Below, piece by piece: positions 37,663 to 48,595 of a DNA stretch of 64,000 bases (position 1 is its first letter; each line of letters starts with the position of its first letter). The position numbers and the translations under genes are program-made. Origin of the DNA: Felis catus (lineage: Eukaryota); contig NC_058368.1 of assembly GCF_018350175.1 (NCBI RefSeq), positions 235,850,001 to 235,914,000 on the forward strand, in the 5' to 3' direction. The notes below the pieces were generated by a model that saw nothing but the letters and a program-made list of their open reading frames with translations, had not been told where the DNA came from and did not search any database.

Positions 37663-40175
37663 TGTCTACTTTTTAAAATGATGCTGCTTCCAAACTGCCC
37701 TTGGAGGTGTCATTGGAGCATGACATTGAAGATTGGCATGGGCAGGGGTCCCCATTGTATTGTTTACATGTGTCCTGCACCTTTGATGCATAACTTTGGG
37801 TTTTGTTTCCTGTGCTCTTTACCACTGGGGCTTGTGTTCAGTTATGCGACGTCACTATTTTCCACTTTGCTGGCCTGTGTGACAGAGGCCAGCTAGACCC
37901 TCACTAGCCTCCTGAACCCACATGGGTGCTTTGTTGCTCAGATAGACACCTTTTCAGTTTAGGGCCACAGGACAGTCACTGTGCCAATGGGATGTGGGTG
38001 GTTTGTGCCATTTATGAGGTCAGCAGTCGCTTTAGAGATCACCCAGGCAATCCGCTCAAGATGCCCAGGTTCTGAATGAGAAGCGAGGATTTGTTAAGCT
38101 CATTCACTAAGTTATTTCCTTTACTGACTCACGTGGAAATTGGCAAGCCTTGTATGCCGAGCTATGTGTAGGGGGCGAGGTAGTGATTGGGGGCTAGGAG
38201 GCTGGGATGCTCTTCCGGGATGGTGTGACATGTGGAGAGCCGTCAGCTTTGCTCTGGGCCGCCCGTGTTGCTGGTTTGTTTGTTCAGGATTCAGCTCGTA
38301 TAGTTCCCCTGTTGCTGGCCCAGAATTCCAAAGAAGAACGGCATCTCCCAGAACTCAGACCCTGGGTTAGGAAAAACATACTGGAGACCGTTTCAAAACA
38401 CGACTGTTTGGAAACATGGCTTCTCTTCCAGCTTTCAGCGGCTTGGCTGAGCTGGGATGGGTGGAGGGATTCTCTTCTCTCTTGAGCCACGTAGTTGAGC
38501 GTCTCAACACAGATGTCCCTCATGCTGGGGGACGCAATAAAAAAACAGCCTGGGAGTTGAAATGTATCAGGGTTAAAGGGAGATTTGATTGAGGGAAAAA
38601 GTAATCTATGAGCTTTCTAGCACACAAACCCATCTTCCATCAGAGTTCAGGGGCAAAAGCAATTGATGTAACCACACTGAAACAGATGAAATGTTTGGGT
38701 TTCTCACGCAACACCTAAGTTATTTATGTGGCATAACCCCCTTGTTTTAGACATCTCCAGCTTACAACGTATTGAATTAAGTGCTATTCCCACACCCCCT
38801 TTCAAATTTATTGATAAATTCACGTAAGCAGATGTAGGGTCACATTACTGTGCTAGAGCATCGCATGCGGAAGAATGCCTAGCTGGTGATGGCAGCTGTG
38901 TTTTCTTGCTTAGGTCAACGTACCTTGCAATCTCTCTTTTTTCCAAAAGCACTGGTTTTAATACTTTTGTTGGCGCTGATGATATTTCACCGTAAATTCT
39001 ATCTTTAAATAAATTATTGCCTGGAAGTCTGAAAAATAAACCAGATAGAAACCGAGCCGCCCCGAGGAAGCTGTGTGGAGAGGGCTGGAAAGATTACAGT
39101 GAGGGCATCCCTGACCTGAGTTCATTCATCACCCGTTGATCATCGGGCCCCAGAGCAGGGCTGGCAGGAGGCAGACTTTCAATCAGAATTTTATTTTAAT
39201 GACTTCTTGATTTCAAATTAACGTGACTGTTTCCATCCAGTGCTGGGCCTGCTGCACACAGAAGAGGTCACTTCCAGTTCTTATACCGATCATTGTAATC
39301 ACGAGTGATGTTTTAATCTGTTGGGACCATATCATCTAGCCAAACAGGCTCCTGCTTGCAGAAATGCACCGATGAACTCTCCAGCGTCAGACTTTCTCTA
39401 TCTTGGACTCATGTATAATTCTCTAAATGCGTCTTGCCATCAAAAGTTAAAGATATTATTCGATCAGCCCGTGTGCTAAAATCGAGCCAACAGCAAGTAT
39501 TTGCATCTTCTGCGAGGGAGTGCACAGCCTTCACACGCGTCTCAACCCAAACAGGGTAGGTTACATGAGGTAAATGGCGCTGTACGTGGTCCTCACTTGC
39601 ATATGCATAGTGTCCAATAACGCTCATAATTGTATCAACAAAGCAGTGCAGCCCCTATCAGCCCTTCAGCCTTCCACCATGGTGAGGCATTCACACCACG
39701 GCTCCCTGTCAATCTTCCTCTCTGCTTTCCCTAAGTGCGGAGTATCTGTATTCCATATGCAAATTCTCCAGTGAATGATTTTCCTGTTTTGTAAGCTAGG
39801 CTGCACCTGTAACATGTGGGATTGAGTTAAAAATGACAAGCAGACAAGCACGGGCACATTATCTTGACAAACTCAGCCTCCGAAAATTACCCTGGGCCTG
39901 AATTATTAAAATAACAAGGAATATTTCACTCAGCTGTGCAGAAATGATCCTAATTGTCCACTTTAGCCAAATCCTTTCAGTCTCTGAGATCGGTCAATTT
40001 ACATTGGTGGCTTGCAAATTCCTCAACTCCCATTAGAGGCGAGCACAGCAGCAGCCCAATGCACCCTCATTTATTTTAATAACCTGCCAAGCAGACATGA
40101 AAATGTTAACGTTGGGAGGCTATAACATGACAGGATCCCGACTTGTCACAGCCACATTATAATCTAGTTAAAATA

Positions 40176-40210
40176 CTTTCTTTCTCCCTTTCATGTCTTC
40201 TCAGGTAAGT
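40176..40210 (+). promoter_or_regulatory. Candidate recursive splice site (polypyrimidine tract-CAG|GTAAGT)
   Basis: CTTTCTTTCTCCCTTTCATGTCTTCTCAG immediately followed by GTAAGT, in unique sequence. Confidence 0.4.
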
Positions 40211-40704
40211 GGGGAACTAATTGTCAACTTACTAATTTTGTTGGCATTAATATCAATACCAAGACAAGAGGAGCATGAACTGTTGAGTGAGAGGTTTTTC
40301 TTCTCCACCTTCTGCTGCTGATGGGGAAATTACCCTGGAATCAAGTAAAGAATTAAATTTGTATGATCCGTCAGCTACTTGGCACTAACCCATTCTTGCA
40401 AGGGCTGTTTGTTAATACTGTCAGCAGAGCCATTTTACATCCTCTGGCCTGTTTGTGGTTCTTGGTGTGCAGGGCATCATGGTAATGAATCAACATTAAG
40501 CATTAACTATGTTCTATGTTGTGAACAAGCACTCGATGCAGCGTGCACCTGTATGTGCTCAAGGACTTGCTATTTAAAGCTCTTATACGTAAAGAACTTG
40601 CAACCCGGTCGTAGACTTTGCGCTCCCCAATTCTACATTGTTCCTATTGTCCTGGAAAAATGACTCATATCATCTTGTCCCCCTGCCCTCAAAAGGGTGA
40701 CTGG

Positions 40705-41815
40705 ACGACATGGGGCATGGGGATGCCATTTTGGACACAACACCCAAAACATGATCCGTGAAAGAAATAATGGATTAACTGGACTCAATTAAAAAAAAAA
40801 TCTGCTCTGGAACAGTCAATGTCAGGAGCATGAAAAACATGCCACAGACTGGGAGAAAATATTGTGACAGACACATCTGATAAAGAACTGTTATCCAAAC
40901 TGTACAAAGAACTCTTAAAACTCAACAGTAGGAAAATGACCCAATCAAACAATGGGTCAAAGATCTCAACAGACACCTCACCAAAGAAGATATACAGATG
41001 GCGAATAAGCATGTGAAAAGATGGTCCATTTCATATGTCATCAGGAAATGCAAATTAAAGCAATGAGATACAATTGCACATCTATTAGCATGACCCAAAC
41101 CATACAATCCAGCAATCGCACATCTTGTTATTTACCCAAATGATTCAAAAACTCATGTCCACACAAAATCCTGCACACTGTTATTCACAGCAGTTGTTTT
41201 TCATAGATTCCAAAATTTGGAAGCGGCCGAGATGTTCTTCCGTAAGTGAATGGGTAAGCCATGGTCCATCCAGACAATAGAATATTACCCAGCACTAAAA
41301 AAAAAAATGAGCCATCAAGCCATGAAAGACATGGAGGAAACTTGAATGCATATTACCACGTGAAAGAAGCCAGTGTGCAAAGTCTACACACTGTATGATT
41401 CCAACTCTATGGTGTCCTGGAAAAAGCAAAACTATGGAGATGGCAAAATGATCAGTGGTTGCGAGGGTGAGGTCATGAGGAAGAGATGATTAGGCAGAAT
41501 AGACGATGTTTAGGGCAGTGAAAATACTCTGCATGATACTATATGATCAATATATCTCATTAAACAGTTGTCCAAGCCCATGTAACGCATAACACCAAGA
41601 GCAGAGTAATGTAAGCTACGGACTGTGGGTGATAATGATGTGTCAGTGTTGGTTCAACAACTGTAACAAATGTGCCACTCTGGTGGGGATGCTGATAATG
41701 GAGGAGGCTGTGCAGGTGCAGGGGAAGGAGATGTGTGGAAAATCTCTGTACCTTCCTCTTAATTGTGCTGTCTACCTAAAATTGCTCTAAAAAAATAAGA
41801 ACAAAGTCTTTTAAA
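40705..41815 (+). mobile_element. L1MC1-like ORF2 C-terminus and 3'UTR
   Basis: GCCACAGACTGGGAGAAAATATT, ACCTCACCAAAGAAGATATACAGATGGC, and 3' end AAATCTCTGTACCTTCCTCTTAATT...CCTAAAATTGCTCTAAAAAAATAA. Confidence 0.92.
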
Positions 41816-42009
41816 ACAGGCCCCGTATCTTAACAAAAAAAGGAAACAACAACAAAAAAGAATGTTTGGAAACCCAATGAACCACTCAATGAAATCCAGT
41901 TTAACAGACGTTGAGTCCATAAGCTCTCTCTTTACCCTCGTCTTCTATCACCGTCTCACACAAAATCCAGGGTCAGGTCCCACACCCTTCCTGGGAGTCG
42001 TGTTTCAAA

Positions 42010-42300
42010 CCTTGGTCATCCTAAACCTGCTGTTCCCTCTGCATGGAAGATCCTCACCTTCTTCTCCGTCTGGACCATCTATCGAGACCCTGCCCAAACC
42101 TCTTCTCTTGAAAGCTTTCCTGACGTGCCCTTCTCTCGGCCGCATAGTCATTAGACCAACAGCTGGGCTACATTGCTGGTATGGTACCTATGGTGATTTG
42201 ATTCCCTCCGTCTGTGTGCACACATAAAATCAACACCATCAAGGTAGGGAGCATGTTTCAGCCATGCCTACGTCTCAGTAGGAGCATATTAGAGACGTTA
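42010..42300 (+). mobile_element. L2 fragment
   Basis: CTGCTGTTCCCTCTGCATGGAAG...GAAAGCTTTCCTGAC resembles L2. Confidence 0.55.
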
Positions 42301-43463
42301 TCGTGTCACTAAAAACTGTACGAAGTGAAGAACGCTATGAACGTGGGCCCAGAAATTCCAAAGTTGTCCCTCTACCACCAAGCCTATCAAAGCACTTCCA
42401 CTGCTGTGTTAGCAGCAGATGTCTTAAAACGCCCTCAGGGGAGGGGCTTCTTTAGACAGTCAAAACTCCTGCCTTCCCACCCCAAACCACACAGGTGGGG
42501 ACCAGATAATCCCAGCCCCTTCACGCCATTTTGGTCACAAAGAGGAGACTCAGGCCCTGCGTCCCCAGCCAGCAGCCAGTCTTCAACTGGGGAGGTGCCC
42601 TGTTTACGCCTGGGTTCTCCCCGAAAGCTGAGATGTCTGCTTGTTGATTGTTTGTTGTTGTTGTTCTTGTTGTTGTTAGTATTAGGCTTTGTGGGGGGGG
42701 GGGGAATTCCTTTCTAAAATTCATAGATAGGCAGGGACATTTTCTCAGTCAAGTAAATGAATCAATATTTAATGGCGTTTTTAAAAGCGGTATTTGTCTA
42801 TGATCATGCTGGGGAGTCTGTAACCTGGAAATTAAAACACCATAGTTGTGAGTTTTCGGAGAGAATTTAACCTTTCATGTGAGATGGGTCTGGCAAAGTA
42901 GAGAAAACCATAGATGTTTTTAGAAAACAGAGAGTGGCCTTGAGAAAAAGGAGAACAGAAATGCATGTCAGAGTCCTTGATGGCCGCTCCACGCTCCCAG
43001 GTGTAGGAAGTGCGACAGAAAGGGGATGATGGGGCATAACAACCCGTGGTTTCAAGGTCACAGCTGTCCATGGAGACAAGGTTGACTACAGACCGGGGGA
43101 GGATTCCAGCTGCTCCTGTCCATGCATTCACACTTCATCCTTTCAAATTATTCGTGCGACTGGAGACGGGATTGAAAAGTGCGCCTCAGCCCCTGGGTGC
43201 ACTCAGGGCACGGTCCATCCAACATCTCTTTGGAAGTGAGTCTAAAGATGGTGCCTCCTTTGTGCCAACATTTCCCTCCCAATTGCTCTGCCCAGAGAAC
43301 GCCACACAGGGGTCACTCCCAGGAGTGTGAAAATTCTCTACCCCTGCTGCTCCCTCCTTTAGCCTGGCAGAGGACTGTGTCCTTTAGCAGAATACAGATG
43401 GCCTGAGGACCCCATCTTACTCTTTATACAGGGAGCACAATGTAGAAAGTGTTGCCAACAAAG

Positions 43464-43834
43464 TGTATGCATCGGCTCAGGCTGTCATAACCACATACCG
43501 TGGGCAGGGCAAATGAAACTACAGAAATTTGTCCCATCACAGTTGTGGGGGCTAGAAATGGAGACCACAATGCCAGCACCGTCAAGTTCTGGTGACAACC
43601 CTCCTCTTGGCTGACGGTTGGCCACCTGCTTACGGTGTCCTCACATGGCAGAAAGAGAGGAAGCAAGATCTCCGGCGTCTCTTCTTCCGAGGATGCCAAT
43701 CCTACCATGGGGCCCCGCCCTCAGGACCTCATCTAACCTTAATTACCCTCCAGAAACTCCACCTTCTAACACCATCACACAGGGGGTTAGGCTCCAACCT
43801 ATGAATTTTTAGGGGACACAATTCAGTCCATGAC
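43464..43834 (-). mobile_element. MaLR solo LTR (MLT1A-like)
   Basis: GCTCAGGCTGTCATAAC...TGTCCTCACATGGCAGAAAGAG...ACCTCATCTAACCTTAATTACC...GGGGACACAATTCAGTCCAT. Confidence 0.92.
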
Positions 43835-44362
43835 TTTAATTAATTAACTAGTTAATTGACTAACTGACTTTAATTCCAACAGCAGTGGGTGCCAGGCAGG
43901 GATTTCTGACAGCTGATCACGTTTAAAGATAAAGTAAGTGATGAAGCAAGGGTGTGAAATTGCGTCTATGCAATTACTCAGCTTTTTTAAAGCTTACATA
44001 TGTAGTAAAAGAAGTCTTCTCAGTATCAAGTTAGATGTATAAAACTGATTCTTTTCATGTGATGACCTTAAAGAGGAATATTGGGACATTGCTAAGCCCT
44101 CCCAACCTCAAATACCAAATTTATTCAGCAAATCTTTCCTGATCTCAGCAAATGCTAAGTGTCTGGAACAAAACACACAAAAATTCCTTCTCCCTCAGTA
44201 CTTATTTTTAAATTACAAGCGAAGGGACTTTTACGGAATGTCCCAAATTAGATAAAAATACGTAAAAACGGGGATGCATGCTTCCACCCAAGATGGAGTA
44301 ACTGGGTTTAACTTCTTCTAAAACCACAACAACAAATGGACAAAGTATGTAAAGCAACCATT

Positions 44363-44565
44363 AAAAAAAAATTAACATTTATTTATTGTTGAGAGACAGG
44401 CCGAGCACGAGCGGGGGAGGGGCAGAGAGAGGGAGACACAGAATCCGAAGCAGGCTCTGGGCTCCGAGCTGTCAGCATAGAGCTCGACGTAGGCCTCGAA
44501 CCAATGAACCACGAGATCATGACCTGAGCCTGGACGCTTAAATGACCGAGCCACCCAGGCGCCCC
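44363..44565 (-). mobile_element. CanSINE
   Basis: 15-bp TSD TGTAAAGCAACCATT / TGTAAAGCAACCGTT. Confidence 0.97.
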
Positions 44566-44773
44566 TGTAAAGCAACCGTTTTTTTAAGACACTGGACAAC
44601 AGGCAATAAAGAACAGTGATTCCTGAGGACTAGAAGCAAACAAGGAGAGTCCAGTGATTGCCCTAAGAGTTTCCAGACCATGGCGCAGGGAAGGGGAATC
44701 CAGAGGAACCTGGTGGGTCCCTGAGTCCAACAGAAGGACCTGAAAATCTAGGAAAATCAAGACAGATAGAATT

Positions 44774-45040
44774 TATTGTTTTTAATATGAAATTTATTGT
44801 CAAATTGTTTTCCATACAACACACAGCACTCATCCCAACAGGGGCCCTCCTCAGTACCCTTTACCCACCCACCTCTCCCTCCCATCCCCCATCAATCCTC
44901 AGTTTGTTCTCAGTTTTTAAGAGTCTTATGTTTTGGCTCCCTCCCTCTCTAACCTTCTTTTTTTCTTTCCCCTCCCCCATGGTTCTTCTGTTAAGTTTCT
45001 CAGGATCCACATAGGATGAAAACATATGGCATCTGTCTTT
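44774..45040 (-). mobile_element. Felid L1 (L1_Fc-like) 3' end, 5'-truncated
   Basis: TGAAATTTATTGTCAAATTGTTTTCCATACAACAC...CTCATCCCAACAGG...CCTCAGTTTGTTCTCAGTTTTTAAGAGTC is the antisense felid L1 3'UTR. Confidence 0.9.
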
Positions 45041-46059
45041 ATATTCAGAGTCCTGAGGCGAGAGAGTGTCCAGGAGAACTTTGGATCTGCAAATGGCGTC
45101 CTCACATACTCAGAAGGTGCTGATCCCTGCCTGTGGATGAAGAAACTATAAGAGAGAGGAAAAGAACCACGTGAATGGTTTAGAAGGAAACGCGCCAAAC
45201 ACCTGAACAGGGTAAGGAATACTACCCGTTCCCACAGACAGACTGTGAAATCTCATCACCCAAAGGGCATCAAGTAGAGCATCAAAAGGATGCTCCCTTT
45301 GTAATGGAGAAAATGCAGATCTACCTCAATACTACTCTGGGCCATTCCAGCAGATCTTGAAAAGGAGACCTGAAAAAAAAAAATCCAAGGATTCACAAGA
45401 AATTTGCAAAAAGGAAATTTAAAAATATTAGAAGAATGCAAGAATATCCAGTACCTAAAAAAAAAAAAGGTAAGGTAGACATGTGTGATATCAGTATGCA
45501 AAGAAGCAGGACAATACAACCCATTCAATCCATTAAAACTAACCCAGAATTAAGAAAGATATTAGAATTATCAGAAAAGAAATTTAGAAAGTTATTATAG
45601 ATTTGTGGCTTAAGCCACAAAATGTAAAGAGTTTGGAAGCTGTCATATCAGTTTTTATACCAACAAAACAGGCGAACAAACAAAAATGTGGCTACTTTTC
45701 TCGGGCCCATCAGAGAACAAGGGTTTCTGGGCAAGCCGGCACTGTGAAATCTGGACAGGGAGAAGAATCCGAAAGTCAGAGCTGGGATCCACTGACCTGG
45801 GGCAGCAGGTGTTAGAGCCATAAACTGGTAGGAAAGCTTACATAGAAAAGTTGACAAATTGATGAGACTGAATGTAAGCGACAGAGGGGATGCCCCCTGC
45901 CTGGGTTTTGCCTCTAGGGACTCTTCTGGCTCCTTACAGTGAGGATCTTTCTCAGATCGGTGGCAGGGGAAAGGAAGGAATAATCCCTGTGCTTTCTGGA
46001 TGAAAAAAAAGACCTGTTTTCCATGGAAAAAGACTTAATAGAGCTTATCTAACCTGGAC

Positions 46060-47320
46060 AAAACATATTTCAAAAGAAAACTTAAGGAACTCCATTGGTT
46101 TCAAGTGATGTAGATCTTAAATCAAGGAAAAGGACCAGGGACAAAGAGTGTTATTATGTAATGATGAAAGGGCCAGTTTTTCAAACCAAGATAACAACCC
46201 TTGTATGTGTAGAGGTAACAACAGACTCAAGACATGTGAGGCAAAAACAGATCATACTGAACAAATAGCAACTTTATTGTCATAGTTGGAGACTTTGATA
46301 TCTCTCTTTTAGTCATTGATAGATTAAGCAGACCAAAACCAAATCAAGCAAACAAAACAAAGAACAAGTCAGTAAGGACAGCATTGACCTGAACAACGGT
46401 ATTGACTACCCGGTGTCACTGACATTTATAGATTATCTCATCCCAAACAGCAGACTACATGTTCTTCTCAAGCTTTCATGGACCCTTCACCAAAATAGAT
46501 TCTGCCAATAAATTATACCTTAACAAATTTAAGACAACAGAAATCATACACATCGTGTTTCCAGGACACAGTGAGATTAGACTAGGAGTCAGTAACAGAG
46601 AGATAGCTGGAAAATTCCTGAATATTTGGAAATGAAACACACTCCCAAAGAATACACAAATTAAAGAAAACATCTTAAAATGGATTTTAATACACTAGAT
46701 TGAATGAATATGGAAAACAAGCAGAACTTGGCGGATGCAGTAAAAGCTGTGCTTAGAGGGAAATTTATAGCATTGAATGCATAAATTATAAGTAACAATG
46801 ATCAAAAATCAAGAGTCTAAGCTTCCACTTTGAGAAGCTACAGAGAGAAGACCAATTTAAGCCTAAAACAAGTGGCATCAAATAAATAATCAGAGTTGGA
46901 GAAGAAATCATTGAAATGGAAAACTGGTTGGGGCGCCTGGGTGGCTCAGTCGGTTAAGTGCCCGACTTCGGCTCAGGTCATGATCTCACGGTCCGTGAGT
47001 TCGAGCCCCACGTCGGGCTCTGTGCTGACAGCTCAGAGCCTGGAGCCTGCTTCAGATTCTGTGTCTCCCTCTCTCTCTGACCCTCCCCCATTCATGCTCT
47101 ATCTCTCTCTGTCTCAAAAATAAAAAATAAACATTAAAAAAAATAAAAAAGAAATAAAAAAAGAAATGGAAAACTGGAAAACTATAGGAAGAAATTAACA
47201 AGATGAAAATTTTGTTCTTTGAAAAAAAATGGCAAAATTTATAAATCCTTATCCAGGCCAGGTCAGCCACAAACAATCTAAAGATGACATGATTACAAAT
47301 ATCAGACATTAAACTGTAGT
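46060..47320 (+). mobile_element. Old L1M ORF2 endonuclease region
   Basis: ATAGTTGGAGACTTTGAT (IVGDF), TTCACCAAAATAGAT, GCAGTAAAAGCTGTGCTTAGAGGGAAATTTATAGCA. Confidence 0.9.
46930..47162 (+). mobile_element. CanSINE
   Basis: 15-bp TSD GAAATGGAAAACTGG (46913-46927, 47163-47177). Confidence 0.98.
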
Positions 47321-47613
47321 TACCACATCTTGACTTTTCACTAAAATTAACTCAGAATAGGTCATAGACCTATATGTAAACTACAAAACAATGAAACTTT
47401 GAGGACAATAAAATTCTGGGATAAAATTTTATGACCTTGGTGAAGTAATGAGATTTTAGATACAACACAAAAAGCTCAATCCATGAAATAAAACATTGCT
47501 AAGTTATAATGTATTAAAATGTATTAACATGTCTGTTAGGCCAAAGACAGTGTAAAAATAATGAAACATAGGCCACAGACCAATATGACACTATACGATC
47601 ATGAACTTGAATT

Positions 47614-47750
47614 TAAAATCTTGGAAAGGAAAAAACAAAACAAAACAAGAAACAACAGGCCACAGATGTAGAAAAAATTAAAAAAAATAAAATCTCAGAA
47701 AGGAAAAAAAAAAAACAAAACAAGAAACAACAGGCCACAGATGTAGAAAA
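47614..47750. repeat. ~75-bp local tandem duplication
   Basis: TAAAATCT..GAAAGGAAAAAA..CAAAACAAGAAACAACAGGCCACAGATGTAGAAAA present twice. Confidence 0.9.
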
Positions 47751-48360
47751 TGTTTGTGAAACACATTTCTGATTTATCATTTGTGTCCAAAACATTTAGA
47801 GAACTCCCAAAAGTCAAAAAATATAAAGTGGGCAAAATATCTGAACAGATGCTTTATCAAAGAAGTCACTTTTGGAAAATGTACATAGGAAAAGATGCCA
47901 ATAAGAAATCAGTAAATCAAGATAGCAGAAGCACCACTGCATACCTATTAGAATGGCAATAGATCAACACAAAACAGGAACCTGACAATATCAAATGCCG
48001 GCAAGAATGCAGAGCGATGGGGACTGTCATTCATCATGGAGAACAAAACCTTACGGACACTTTGGAAGACAGTCAGCGGTTTCTTACAAAGTCAGACGTA
48101 GTCTTTCCATACGATCCAGTATTATCTCTCCTAGGTATTTAGTCAACTAATCTGGAATCTGTACCAACACAATGACTTCGATGTGGATTCTTATAACACA
48201 TTTATTCATAATCACCAAACTAGGAGCCAAGATGACTCTATGTAATGGATAAGCAAACTACAAAAGACACATTATTCAGTGATAAAAAGAAATGAGTTAT
48301 CAAACCATGAAAATACATGGAGGCATCTTAAATGTGTGAGATAAAGAAAGAAACCAGTCT

Positions 48361-48595
48361 GGGGGTGCCTGGGTGGCTCAGTCTGTTCAACATCCATCCA
48401 ACTCATGGTTTTGGTTTAGGTCATGATCTCACTGCTCGTGGGTTCAAGCCCTGCAGTGGGCTCTACACTGACAGTGAGGAATCTGCTTGGGATTCTCTCT
48501 CTCTCACTCTCTCTCTCTGTCCCTCTCTTGCTCTCCCTCTCTGTCTCTCTAAACAAACAAACAAACAAACAAGCAAACAAACAAACTTAGAAAAA
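48361..48595 (+). mobile_element. CanSINE (older)
   Basis: tRNA-like head, CT tract, (CAAA)n tail; diverged TSD AAAGAAACCAGTC / AAAGAAACTAATC. Confidence 0.95.

Larger units (their letters stand above)
44270..46050 (+). mobile_element. Ancient L1M 5' region(s), interrupted by a SINE and a young L1
   Basis: CTTCCACCCAAGATGGAGTAAC start and ORF1-start-like GATATTAGAATTATCAGAAAAGAAATT near 45560; a second 5'-like block at 45610-46050. Confidence 0.6.
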
